Positions 26,275 through 35,107 of a stretch of DNA of 36,152 bases are shown here, piece by piece. A program made the translations under genes and the position numbers. The notes beneath the pieces were generated by a model, which was given only the letters and a program-made list of their open reading frames with translations, did not search any database and had not been told where the DNA came from. The DNA is from an uncultured bacterium (lineage in GTDB: Bacteria > Bacteroidota > Bacteroidia > NS11-12g > UBA9320), in contig CBDUMX010000001.1 in NCBI GenBank assembly GCA_965368435.1, forward strand, positions 1-36,152, given 5' to 3'. Each line of letters begins with the position of its first letter. Within the stretch, counting starts at the first letter, position 1.

Positions 26275-28155
26275 ATGAGTACTGCAGAACATACAGATCA
26301 CCATCACAAAGAAACGTTCCTTTCTAAGTACGTTTTTAGTATGGATCATAAAATGATATCTAAGCAATTTTTGATTACAGGTATCATCATGGGAGTTATT
26401 GGTATGGCAATGTCTATTGCATTTAGATTGCAACTAGCATGGCCAGACACCAGTTTCCCTATCTTAGAATGGCTATTTGGATCTAAATGGGCACCAGACG
26501 GAAAACTGGATTCAGGATTCTATATGGGGCTTGTTACTATTCACGGAACCATAATGGTATTCTATGTATTAACAGCTGGACTAAGCGGAACATTTGCCAA
26601 TCTACTGCTCCCATTACAAGTTGGAGCTAGAGATATGGCATCTCCCTTTATGAATATGCTTTCCTATTGGTTCTTCTTAGCATCTAGTGTAGTTCTCTTG
26701 AGCTCCCTATTTGTTGAAACAGGACCTGCATCTGGGGGTTGGACAATCTATCCACCACTTAGTGCACTGCCAAAAGCTATGCCTGGTTCAGGGGCTGGTA
26801 TGACCTTGTGGTTAGTTGCAATTGTTTTATTTATTGCATCTTCTCTTTTAGGAGGTATCAACTACATCAGTACAGTGCTTAATATGAGAACTAAGGGTAT
26901 GTCGATGATGAGACTACCTCTTACAGTTTGGGCATTATTCTTAACTGCAGTATTAGGTCTACTATCTTTCCCAGTTTTATTAGGTGGAGGATTATTACTT
27001 CTGTTCGATAGAGGATTCGGAACGAGTTTTTACCTTTCAGATATTTGGCTAAATGGTGCAGGTGCACTTGAACATACCGGGGGATCACCTATCCTATTCC
27101 AGCATTTATTCTGGTTCTTAGGACATCCTGAAGTATATATTATCATTATGCCAGCACTTGGTATTACATCAGAGGTTATTGCTGTAAATGCGAGAAAACC
27201 AATATTTGGTTATACAGCTATGGTTATTTCGCTCTTAGGTATTGCCTTCCTTTCGTTTATAGTGTGGGGTCACCATATGTTTATCACTGGGATGAATCCA
27301 ATGCTAGGTACTGCATTCTTGATTACAACTCTAATTATTGCTGTCCCCTCTGCTGTTAAGACTTTCAATTACTTAGCAACTTTGTGGAGAGGTAATATCA
27401 GATTTACTAATGGGATGATGTTTGCTATCGGATTGGTATCATTCTTTATTTCTGGTGGTTTAACTGGTATTTTCTTGGGAAATGCTACTCTTGATATCCA
27501 ACTGCACGATACCTATTTTGTTGTAGCTCACTTCCATATTGTAATGGGTAGTGCGGCAATCTTTGGAATGATGGCAGGTATTTATCATTGGTTCCCAAAA
27601 ATGTTTGGTCGACTTATGAATAAGCCATTGGGTTATATTCATTTCTGGATGACTTTTGCATCAGCATATTTGGTATTCTTCCCTATGCATTTTATGGGGC
27701 TAGCTGGAGTACCTAGAAGATATTATTCATTTACTCTTTTACCAGAATATGGTGTATGGTTCGACGTTAATGTATTGATTACATTAGCCGCAATCATGGG
27801 TGGTATTGCGCAAATTATATTCTTGTATAATTTCTTCAATAGCATTTTCAACGGAAAGAAATCTGACGGAAACCCTTGGAAAGCTAATACTCTTGAGTGG
27901 ACTACTCCGGTTGAAAGAATTCACGGCAACTGGCCTGGAGCTATACCTGAGGTTCACAGATGGGCATATGACTATAGTAAGCCAGGGCACGACGAAGATT
28001 TCATTCCTCAGACAGTTCCAGATAACGACCAAAACGACGGTTTATTTGAGCCTAGCTCAACACCAGTTGCACCAGACAAGACTGATGTTCCAGAAGGTGA
28101 ATCCGTTTTCTTTTGGAGCTTAATAAAGAAGTGGTTTGGCACTTCTAAAATTTAA
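26275..28155 (+). CDS. ctaD: Cytochrome c oxidase subunit I (A-type heme-copper oxidase)
   Basis: 626 aa. WFLGHPEVYIIIMP (CuB His, cross-linked Tyr, D-channel Glu), GHHMF, VAHFHIVMG. About 12 TM helices plus a C-terminal extension. Confidence 0.95.
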   Translation: MSTAEHTDHHHKETFLSKYVFSMDHKMISKQFLITGIIMGVIGMAMSIAFRLQLAWPDTSFPILEWLFGSKWAPDGKLDSGFYMGLVTIHGTIMVFYVLTAGLSGTFANLLLPLQVGARDMASPFMNMLSYWFFLASSVVLLSSLFVETGPASGGWTIYPPLSALPKAMPGSGAGMTLWLVAIVLFIASSLLGGINYISTVLNMRTKGMSMMRLPLTVWALFLTAVLGLLSFPVLLGGGLLLLFDRGFGTSFYLSDIWLNGAGALEHTGGSPILFQHLFWFLGHPEVYIIIMPALGITSEVIAVNARKPIFGYTAMVISLLGIAFLSFIVWGHHMFITGMNPMLGTAFLITTLIIAVPSAVKTFNYLATLWRGNIRFTNGMMFAIGLVSFFISGGLTGIFLGNATLDIQLHDTYFVVAHFHIVMGSAAIFGMMAGIYHWFPKMFGRLMNKPLGYIHFWMTFASAYLVFFPMHFMGLAGVPRRYYSFTLLPEYGVWFDVNVLITLAAIMGGIAQIIFLYNFFNSIFNGKKSDGNPWKANTLEWTTPVERIHGNWPGAIPEVHRWAYDYSKPGHDEDFIPQTVPDNDQNDGLFEPSSTPVAPDKTDVPEGESVFFWSLIKKWFGTSKI

Positions 28156-29197
28156 GAACTTGAAGAACACAAGCTTTTACTTAAAGCTTAATTTCCTGTC
28201 GATACTCTGTATATTCCTTCTATTTGTTTTAGGAGGATTAGTAAGAGCAACTGGCTCCGGTATGGGTTGTCCAGATTGGCCGAAGTGTTTTGGAGAGTAC
28301 ATCCCTCCCACTTCAGCTGAGCAACTTCCTGATAATTATAAAGATATATTCTTAAAAGAGAGGCTTAAAAAAGCGGAACGATTTGCAGCGCTGCTGAATA
28401 AATTAGGTCTCAAAGAAAAAGCTGAAGAGATTTTAGCATTCGACGAGCTGCAGGAAGCGCATGATTTCAATTCAGCTAAGGCCTATACGGAATATGTAAA
28501 TCGACTCATGGGCGCAACTACTGGTATAGTTGTTCTCTTTTGCCTACTCGCAGCAATTGCTATACGCAAAAACCACCGAAGACTGGTGATTTATACCTCA
28601 TTGGGATTTCTCGCCGTTATTTTGAATGCTCTATTGGGTGCAGTTGTTGTTCATGCCAACCTACTTGGAGGTATAGTTACAACGCATTTCCTAATAGCAT
28701 TTGCGGCCATCGCTTTCTTTATGCTAGCAAGATTTGAGATCGTAAAACTAACCAGTGTTCAAGACGTATCCTTAAAACTCAAAAGACTGTCGGCATTAAT
28801 AATGGTAATCCTTGTTGTTCAAATTTACTTTGGGACACAGGTACGAGAGGCATATGATATAATGGAGGCTAAAGGAAAAATATTAAATTCAAATACCATC
28901 TCCGAATTGGGATCGACATTCAATGTTCATAGAACCTTGGCATTGATTTCTTTACTGCTTAGTATTTTGCAATTTACTGTAATTAGAGGAGCTAAGAAAA
29001 AGGATAAAAAAGTACTAAAATTGGCAATGTGGTTCCTTTCACTGACTGTTATGCAAATTGTATTTGGATCATTGATAATAATGACGGATTTAAGTGCTTT
29101 TTCAAAATTATTCCATATAAGCATCGGTGCCGCTTTATTCATAATACAATTTTATATTTGCAGCCTCTTTTGGAGAGCCAAAACCATAGACAACTAA
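28136..29197 (+). CDS. ctaA: Heme A synthase (COX15/CtaA family)
   Basis: 353 aa. GGLVRATGSGMGCPDWPKCFG N-terminal block and multiple TM helices with conserved His. TTG start overlapping the ctaD end by 20 nt. An alternative TTG lies at 28160. Confidence 0.85.
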   Translation: MALLKFKNLKNTSFYLKLNFLSILCIFLLFVLGGLVRATGSGMGCPDWPKCFGEYIPPTSAEQLPDNYKDIFLKERLKKAERFAALLNKLGLKEKAEEILAFDELQEAHDFNSAKAYTEYVNRLMGATTGIVVLFCLLAAIAIRKNHRRLVIYTSLGFLAVILNALLGAVVVHANLLGGIVTTHFLIAFAAIAFFMLARFEIVKLTSVQDVSLKLKRLSALIMVILVVQIYFGTQVREAYDIMEAKGKILNSNTISELGSTFNVHRTLALISLLLSILQFTVIRGAKKKDKKVLKLAMWFLSLTVMQIVFGSLIIMTDLSAFSKLFHISIGAALFIIQFYICSLFWRAKTIDN

Positions 29198-29199
29198 AA

Positions 29200-30093
29200 T
29201 TGAAAACAACGGAAATACAGAACGTATCTATAGGATGGTCAGATAAACTGCGAGATTATAATCAATTAATCAAGTTTAGACTAACCTTTACTGTTGTGCT
29301 ATCTGCAGTTTTGGGATTCCTTTTAGGGAATGAAGGGGCAATAGTCTATCAAGACTTATTCGCTTTGATACTAGGCGGCTTCTTAGTTGTTTCTGCTTCT
29401 AATGGCATCAATCAAATAATAGAAAAAGATTTTGATAAGCTGATGAGCAGAACTGCAAATCGTCCAATCGCTCAAAACAGAATGAGTATTTTGGAAGCTG
29501 GAATATTCTGCGCAATTACAGCAATAGTTGGAGTGAGTATTTTAGGCTTATACCTCAACACATATGCCGCACTTTTAGGTTTTGCATCTCTAATGAGTTA
29601 TGCTTTTATCTATACTCCGCTTAAGCGCGTTTCTCCTATCGCGGTATTGGTAGGTGCTTTCCCAGGTGCCATCCCTCCACTCCTCGGTTGGGTTGCTGCA
29701 ACTGGCGGCTTTAGCTATGCAGCGGTGAGTTTGTTCCTTCTTCAATTCTTTTGGCAGTTTCCTCATTTTTGGGCTATAGCTTGGATACTTGATGATGACT
29801 ATAAAAAGGCTGGATACAGATTGTTACCAACAAAATCAGGGCGTTCTAAAGCTTCAGCTATGCAGGTGATACTCTATTCTGCAACCCTTATTCCTTTGTC
29901 ATTTCTGCCTTTTGCATTTGGAGTTACTGGATGGATATCTATGGTAATCGTTCTACTTTCATCCATAGCTTTGTTAGCCATCGGCATTAAATTATACAGA
30001 ACACTAGAAATTAAAGATGCTAAACGATTGATGTTTGCATCCATACTTTACAATCCACTTACCTTAATAGTTCTATTGATCGATAAATTGTGA
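29200..30093 (+). CDS. ctaB: Protoheme IX farnesyltransferase (heme O synthase)
   Basis: UbiA-family blocks NGINQIIEKDFDKLMSRTANRP and YTPLKR. The ORF-track start at 29029 lies inside ctaA. TTG 29200, 3 nt after the ctaA stop, is the only plausible start, because the first in-frame ATG falls inside the conserved core. Confidence 0.88.
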   Translation: MKTTEIQNVSIGWSDKLRDYNQLIKFRLTFTVVLSAVLGFLLGNEGAIVYQDLFALILGGFLVVSASNGINQIIEKDFDKLMSRTANRPIAQNRMSILEAGIFCAITAIVGVSILGLYLNTYAALLGFASLMSYAFIYTPLKRVSPIAVLVGAFPGAIPPLLGWVAATGGFSYAAVSLFLLQFFWQFPHFWAIAWILDDDYKKAGYRLLPTKSGRSKASAMQVILYSATLIPLSFLPFAFGVTGWISMVIVLLSSIALLAIGIKLYRTLEIKDAKRLMFASILYNPLTLIVLLIDKL

Positions 30094-30674
30094 CAGCAAT
30101 AAGCATGGAAAATACTTCAAGTAAAATGCATCCTAAAAAATTCAATCTCTGGTTGATGATTTTGGGCATTATTATGTTGTTTACTGGATTAACCAGTGCC
30201 TATATCGTAAGAAAAGGTGATGGAAATTGGTATCAATTTGATTTACCACAAGTATTTCTTTATTCCACAATAATCGTATTACTTAGCTCACTATCAATGT
30301 ATTATGCATTTAAAGCAAGTAAGAATGACAACATTCAACAGGTTAAAATAGGCCTTTTACTCACTATAATTTTAGGCCTGGGATTCTGCATTTCACAATA
30401 TTTTGGATGGATAGCAATGATCAATGAAGGATTATACTTGGTGACACCCAAAGAAGGTGATAAAGTATCTGCTTCCTTCGTATATGTCATATCCTTCGCC
30501 CATTTAGCCCATATCATGGCAGGAATTATATTCCTAGTTGTGGTTATGGTTAAAGCAGTAAAATTACAAGTTCACAAGAAGAATACATTACTCATAGATA
30601 TGTGCAATACTTATTGGCATTTCGTTGGACTGTTGTGGGTTTATTTGTATTTGTTTTTATATTTTGCACACTGA
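30090..30674 (+). CDS. ctaE: Cytochrome c oxidase subunit III family protein (short, 5-TM paralog)
   Basis: 194 aa. GTGA overlap with the ctaB stop. C-terminal YWHFVGLLWVYLYLFLY is the subunit III signature. Confidence 0.85.
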   Translation: MTAISMENTSSKMHPKKFNLWLMILGIIMLFTGLTSAYIVRKGDGNWYQFDLPQVFLYSTIIVLLSSLSMYYAFKASKNDNIQQVKIGLLLTIILGLGFCISQYFGWIAMINEGLYLVTPKEGDKVSASFVYVISFAHLAHIMAGIIFLVVVMVKAVKLQVHKKNTLLIDMCNTYWHFVGLLWVYLYLFLYFAH

Positions 30675-30681
30675 TTTTAAA

Positions 30682-31503
30682 ATGGCTACACAAGCAATAT
30701 CTGAGTCGAGTCCTTGGAGTGGAGGAAAGTCCCCATTCAAGGTAAGTTATGGTAAATTAATGATGTGGATCTTCCTACTTTCGGATGCCTTCACATTTTC
30801 ATCTCTGTTAATTGGGTATGGCGCTTTGCGTTACAGTTTTCCAAGTACAGACGATATAGTTGAAACCATTCCCGAAATAAAAGTAGGTGAGAATGTTCAA
30901 GAACTATTCGCACCTCAAGGTGACGCAGCACATCATACCGGCGAACATGCTGCAGAGCATGCGGAATACTTTATTCCAGCAATGAGAGACATGGAAGTGT
31001 TTGCAGAAAATCACTGGCCATCTCCAGATTTAGTGTTTAATCACTTTCCTTTCCTACACGGACTTCACCTACCATTATTCTTTGTAAGTTTAATGACCTT
31101 AATACTGATTTTTAGTTCTGTAACCATGGTTCTTGCCGTTGAAGCAGGCCAACGCAAAGCTAAATCTGAAGTGAGCAAATGGATGTTTTGGACCATCTTA
31201 GGTGGACTGGCATTCTTAAGCTGTCAAGCTTGGGAGTGGACAAACTTTATAACTGCTGGTGCCACACCATGGGCTAACCCATACGGCCCGCCAACTTTCG
31301 CTGCATTATTCTTTCTGGTAACTGGCTTTCACGGATTTCACGTATTCTCAGGAGTTGTTATTAATGTGGTGATTTACATCAACAATCTTAAAGGCACCTA
31401 CGAAGAAAGAGGTCATTATGAAATGGTTGAAAAAGTTGGTCTTTACTGGCACTTTGTAGACTTAGTTTGGGTATTTGTTTTCACATTCTTCTATTTAATC
31501 TAA
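30682..31503 (+). CDS. Cytochrome c oxidase subunit III family protein (second paralog, with a His-rich loop insertion)
   Basis: 273 aa from ATG 30682; the ORF-track start at 30625 overlaps the previous gene. TGFHGFHV and LYWHFVDLVWVFVF signatures. A ~70-aa loop after TM1 contains AAHHTGEHAAEHAE. Confidence 0.85.
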   Translation: MATQAISESSPWSGGKSPFKVSYGKLMMWIFLLSDAFTFSSLLIGYGALRYSFPSTDDIVETIPEIKVGENVQELFAPQGDAAHHTGEHAAEHAEYFIPAMRDMEVFAENHWPSPDLVFNHFPFLHGLHLPLFFVSLMTLILIFSSVTMVLAVEAGQRKAKSEVSKWMFWTILGGLAFLSCQAWEWTNFITAGATPWANPYGPPTFAALFFLVTGFHGFHVFSGVVINVVIYINNLKGTYEERGHYEMVEKVGLYWHFVDLVWVFVFTFFYLI

Positions 31504-31510
31504 TTATATA

Positions 31511-31867
31511 ATGTCACATACTAATCAAAACATAAACATTCACGACGAGGAAAATTACGATCCTACAGTTTGGGTACCTGAGGTGCACAGCCATGGTACT
31601 AAAGATATATGGATCAAGTTTTGGATACTTTTGGGTTTAACTATTATCGATATAGTACTATACTTTGGAATGGCCCCTAGCCTTTGGCGCAATGCAATAT
31701 TTATTGTCCTTGGGATAGTTAAAGCTGTATATATCGTTGGAACTTTCATGCACATGAAACATGAAAAGTTAAGTCTTGCACTTATGATAATAGTACCTAT
31801 GGTATTTATCATCTTCTTTATTTATTGGATGCTTTATGAAGGAGCATTCTGGGGTACTTTTCATTAG
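31511..31867 (+). CDS. Prokaryotic cytochrome c oxidase subunit IV family protein
   Basis: 118 aa with three hydrophobic helices, positioned directly after the subunit III genes. The block ...GIVKAVYIVGTFMHMKHE is typical of the COX4_pro type. Confidence 0.75.
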   Translation: MSHTNQNINIHDEENYDPTVWVPEVHSHGTKDIWIKFWILLGLTIIDIVLYFGMAPSLWRNAIFIVLGIVKAVYIVGTFMHMKHEKLSLALMIIVPMVFIIFFIYWMLYEGAFWGTFH

Positions 31868-31870
31868 ACT

Positions 31871-32515
31871 ATGAAGAAAAATACCGGAACTATTATACTT
31901 ATAGTACTTCTGGCTATACCCATTATATGGGTTATTCTTTGGAAAAAAAGCGAATTCAAGTACACAGAACTTCCGATTTACAGTAGTGTTGAGTTTGGCG
32001 ATACTATTCCATTTACTATTGACACTTTCACCCTTTACGATCAGCGCGGACTCCCTTTTACCAGAGATAGTATTGGCGACAGAGTTTATGTAGCCAATTT
32101 CTTCTTTACATCTTGCCCAGATGTTTGTCCAGAAATGAATTCCAATGTAAAAATTCTAGCAGATAAATTTAAAGACAATACTGGCGTGATTTTTTTATCG
32201 CATAGTGTCGACCCTTACAGAGACACTGTAGAAGCCTTAAAAGAATATGCTGCAGATTTTGGAGCTAATCCCAATCAGTGGCATCTACTAACTGGTAAAA
32301 AAAGCACTATATACAATCTAGCCATGCTGAACTACAGAGTTGCAGCTGTGAAAGAAGATAGCAATGCATTTATACATAGTGAAAAATTGGTGCTTGTCGA
32401 CAAAGACTTTAGGGTCAGAGGATACTATGAAGGACGAGATTATCGAGACATTAAAAATTTAATGGAAGACATCCCGTTTCTTATAAAAGAGTATAAGATC
32501 AAAGAAAATGAGTGA
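31871..32515 (+). CDS. SCO1/SenC copper chaperone (thioredoxin fold)
   Basis: 214 aa. N-terminal TM anchor, copper-binding CPDVCP (CxxxC) and a downstream HSVDP histidine. Confidence 0.88.
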   Translation: MKKNTGTIILIVLLAIPIIWVILWKKSEFKYTELPIYSSVEFGDTIPFTIDTFTLYDQRGLPFTRDSIGDRVYVANFFFTSCPDVCPEMNSNVKILADKFKDNTGVIFLSHSVDPYRDTVEALKEYAADFGANPNQWHLLTGKKSTIYNLAMLNYRVAAVKEDSNAFIHSEKLVLVDKDFRVRGYYEGRDYRDIKNLMEDIPFLIKEYKIKENE

Positions 32516-33038
32516 GAAAGGGGTTTTCAGATTAGTATTGTTTATTTCTGTTCTAGTGTTCTTACTTGTGGTATTACTCAATGAAAGAATATTCCCTGTT
32601 CCAGATAGTTTTCCAATATTCATATATAAACTTCCTTTAGTCAATGCCTGTATCAATGCAACTGTTGCTATACTCCTACTTTTTTCTCTGGGAGCAATTC
32701 GACAAAAAAAAATAAATCGACATAAAGCTATTAACCTAAGCGCCTTTGGCTTATCGGCGCTCTTTCTAATTAGTTATGTCACATACCATTACTTCGTTGG
32801 GCACACGGTTTTTGGAGGTGAAGGTGCTATTGAAACGTTTTACAAAATAGTGCTATGGACACATATTCCATTGGCAGCCATAGTATTACCGCTAATTCTT
32901 ATTTCATTCTATTACGGTTTAACAAATAAAATTGTTCAACATAAGAAACTTGTGAGATTCACTTACCCTATTTGGCTGTATGTTGCAATTACAGGGGTCT
33001 TGGTCTATATTCTAATATCACCATACTATCCATATTAA
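32508..33038 (+). CDS. DUF420 (CtaM-like) membrane protein
   Basis: 176 aa with four TM helices and an H-x-K block (VQHKKLVRFTYPIWLYV). Overlaps the SCO1 gene by 8 nt. Confidence 0.75.
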   Translation: MSEKGVFRLVLFISVLVFLLVVLLNERIFPVPDSFPIFIYKLPLVNACINATVAILLLFSLGAIRQKKINRHKAINLSAFGLSALFLISYVTYHYFVGHTVFGGEGAIETFYKIVLWTHIPLAAIVLPLILISFYYGLTNKIVQHKKLVRFTYPIWLYVAITGVLVYILISPYYPY

Positions 33039-33769
33039 TGAAAAGTTTAATCCAAAGAATACTGCAAACAATTCTAGGATATCAAACTTATCTATGGGTA
33101 TTCACTAAGTACAAGCTTAAAGTACTGCGCAAAGACAAAAGCGAGCAAGACTTTTTTCATTTCTTAACCTTATTAGACCCTCAAGATGCAGTGTTGGACA
33201 TTGGAGCTAATCTAGGTTTAATGTCGTACTACCTTGCTCAAAAATGCAAGGAAGTTCACGCTTTTGAGCCAATGCCAAACAACATAAGAATTTTAGAGCG
33301 AGTCAAAACCCACTACAAGCTTTCAAATATTGTCATACACAAAGTTGCACTTGGTGAGCTAAATGGAGAAATAGAATTAATTCTCCCTATTGTAAATGGA
33401 GTTAGAAAACAAGGATTAAGTCATGTGAAAGATGATAAAATGACTGATTTTAATGAAGGTACGGTGGTTATAAGTCCAGTATTCAAACTTGATGATTATG
33501 ATCCCACTAAGTCCATTCCAATCAAAGCAATTAAAATTGACGTTGAGAACTTTGAGTTTGAGGTTTTTAAAGGAGCTAAGGAGACACTTGTTAAGTTTAA
33601 ACCTATGATCTATTGTGAATTATGGGACAATCAAAACAGGTATGATTGTTTCGAATTTTTAAGATCTTTAGGGTATGAAACATACATTTTGGCTCAAAAC
33701 GAATTAATCAAATTGGATAGTAACCAAAGTAACACCCAAAATTTCTTTTTTATTCACCCGCAATCTTAA
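33038..33769 (+). CDS. FkbM-family SAM-dependent methyltransferase
   Basis: SAM motif I VLDIGANLGLMS, EP(M)P motif, IDVENFEFEVFKGA typical of FkbM. The ATG at 33038 shares one base with the DUF420 stop (TAATG). The ORF-track start at 32972 is rejected. Confidence 0.8.
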   Translation: MKSLIQRILQTILGYQTYLWVFTKYKLKVLRKDKSEQDFFHFLTLLDPQDAVLDIGANLGLMSYYLAQKCKEVHAFEPMPNNIRILERVKTHYKLSNIVIHKVALGELNGEIELILPIVNGVRKQGLSHVKDDKMTDFNEGTVVISPVFKLDDYDPTKSIPIKAIKIDVENFEFEVFKGAKETLVKFKPMIYCELWDNQNRYDCFEFLRSLGYETYILAQNELIKLDSNQSNTQNFFFIHPQS

Positions 33770-33778
33770 CTTTGTAGC

Positions 33779-34003
33779 ATGAAAAAATTCCTTTTGATTC
33801 TGGCATTTCTATCCTTCATTGGAATTTTCAACACTTATTCTCAATGTCCGATGTGCAGAACTGCCGTTGAATCAGGCATGCATGAGGAAGGTAACACCAA
33901 AGGTCGAGGTTTAAACGACGGTATTCTGTATCTACTTGCAACACCATATATAGCTGTCGCAGTAATTGGTGGTATTTGGTATCGAAAGAATAAGCAAAAA
34001 TAA
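33779..34003 (+). CDS. 74-aa membrane-anchored protein with a periplasmic CPMC motif, unknown function
   Basis: Signal peptide MKKFLLILAFLSFIGIFNTYS, then QCPMCRTAVESGMHEEG, one TM helix (ILYLLATPYIAVAVIGGIWY) and a basic tail RKNKQK. Confidence 0.6.
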   Translation: MKKFLLILAFLSFIGIFNTYSQCPMCRTAVESGMHEEGNTKGRGLNDGILYLLATPYIAVAVIGGIWYRKNKQK

Positions 34004-34378
34004 TTGGCATATAAATCGGCAATATCTTCCTTTCTAAGCGGAAGGTGTCCTCAATGTAGAGAGGGTAAAATCTTTAAAACCAGTGTTTTTAACCTACTGA
34101 AGTTCAAGCAAACATATGAGCGTTGTTCAAATTGTGGTGTTAAATATGAATCAGAACCAGGTTTCTTTTGGGGTGCAATGTATTTCAGTTATGCATTAAA
34201 TGTTGGTTTGGCAATTGTATTAGGTGTTATTTTCTTCAGAATGTATGAAGATCCTCCATTGGGACTTATGATAGGTACGGTTTTGGGTATTTCAGCCCTT
34301 GCGTCGCCATTAGTTTTTAGGTTGGCCAGATTGCTCATGATGTATATCGCTGCTCCTTATAGAAAGTATAAAGGTTAA
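34004..34378 (+). CDS. DUF983-family zinc-ribbon membrane protein
   Basis: 124 aa. TTG start on the base after the preceding stop. CPQC...CSNC four-Cys ribbon followed by two TM helices. Confidence 0.7.
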   Translation: MAYKSAISSFLSGRCPQCREGKIFKTSVFNLLKFKQTYERCSNCGVKYESEPGFFWGAMYFSYALNVGLAIVLGVIFFRMYEDPPLGLMIGTVLGISALASPLVFRLARLLMMYIAAPYRKYKG

Positions 34379-34563
34379 AAAGGCAATTTCTCGCTTATAG
34401 GGAAATGGTATTCTTAAATAAAGTCAAATAGGCACTAAGGCTGGCATGCAATATATTTGCTACTGGGGAGGAGGTGGTGGCCCCCGTGCTCACTAAGCAA
34501 TGGATCTTATCAATTTTTTGGACAATCATTTCACCCTGTGCATATCCCAAATGCCTCTTACAC

Positions 34564-34571
34564 TACCTTTG
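34564..34571 (+). promoter_or_regulatory. Candidate -7 box (TACCTTTG) for the TetR gene
   Basis: Matches TAnnTTTG 20 nt upstream of ATG 34592. Confidence 0.35.
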
Positions 34572-34591
34572 TAAGTAAGTGCTCACTAATC

Positions 34592-35107
34592 ATGACAAAT
34601 AAAGAACGTATTCTCCATAACACCATCCAACTTATCTCCAAATTTGGCAGTGTCAACATTTCAACCAAAAAAATTGCCGAAGAATGCCAAGTATCCGAGG
34701 GACTTATTTTCAGACATTACAGTAGTAAAGCTGGACTCATTAGCGCAGTCAACCTTGAACTGGCATCTCAAATAGACATTCAAGCTCAAAGATTAAGCAC
34801 AGCAAATAGCAGCCAAGTTATAAAGAACATTATGGAAGCCCCATTTCAACTTTCAAATGCCGAAATTGTAATATGGACTGCAGCAATGAAGCTAATTTGG
34901 GAAGAAAAAGCTAATCCTCAAGATATCTTTCAAAGCCTTTACAATTCCTTAGATTTAGCATTTCAAGAACTTAACTTTCTGAACTCTAAAGTTGAAGCAC
35001 AACTTGTCATGTGGTATGTATTTGGATTCTTCACTGGCGTGACTCATGAAAAGAACAACCTAGAAGAAGTATTGTTAAGCCTCAGAAGCAAATACGGCTT
35101 GAATTAA
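34592..35107 (+). CDS. TetR/AcrR-family transcriptional regulator
   Basis: 171 aa from ATG 34592. N-terminal [43 protein letters not shown]. The upstream 45 codons of the ORF-track call look non-coding. Confidence 0.8.
   Translation: MTNKERILHNTIQLISKFGSVNISTKKIAEECQVSEGLIFRHYSSKAGLISAVNLELASQIDIQAQRLSTANSSQVIKNIMEAPFQLSNAEIVIWTAAMKLIWEEKANPQDIFQSLYNSLDLAFQELNFLNSKVEAQLVMWYVFGFFTGVTHEKNNLEEVLLSLRSKYGLN

Noticed and set aside
27800-28123. 107-aa plus-strand ORF in an alternative frame of coxI, with a minus-strand ORF at 27784-28032
   Set aside because: Both lie embedded in the conserved subunit I gene. They are frame and strand artefacts of an AT-rich sequence.
29029-29199. 5' extension of ctaB
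   Set aside because: It lies wholly inside the ctaA coding region in another frame. The translation is not UbiA-like until after TTG 29200.
34457-34591. 5' extension of the TetR gene
   Set aside because: The translation (MLLGRRWWPPCSLSNG...) is unlike any TetR N-terminus. A -7 box at 34564-34571 and the ATG at 34592 fit much better.
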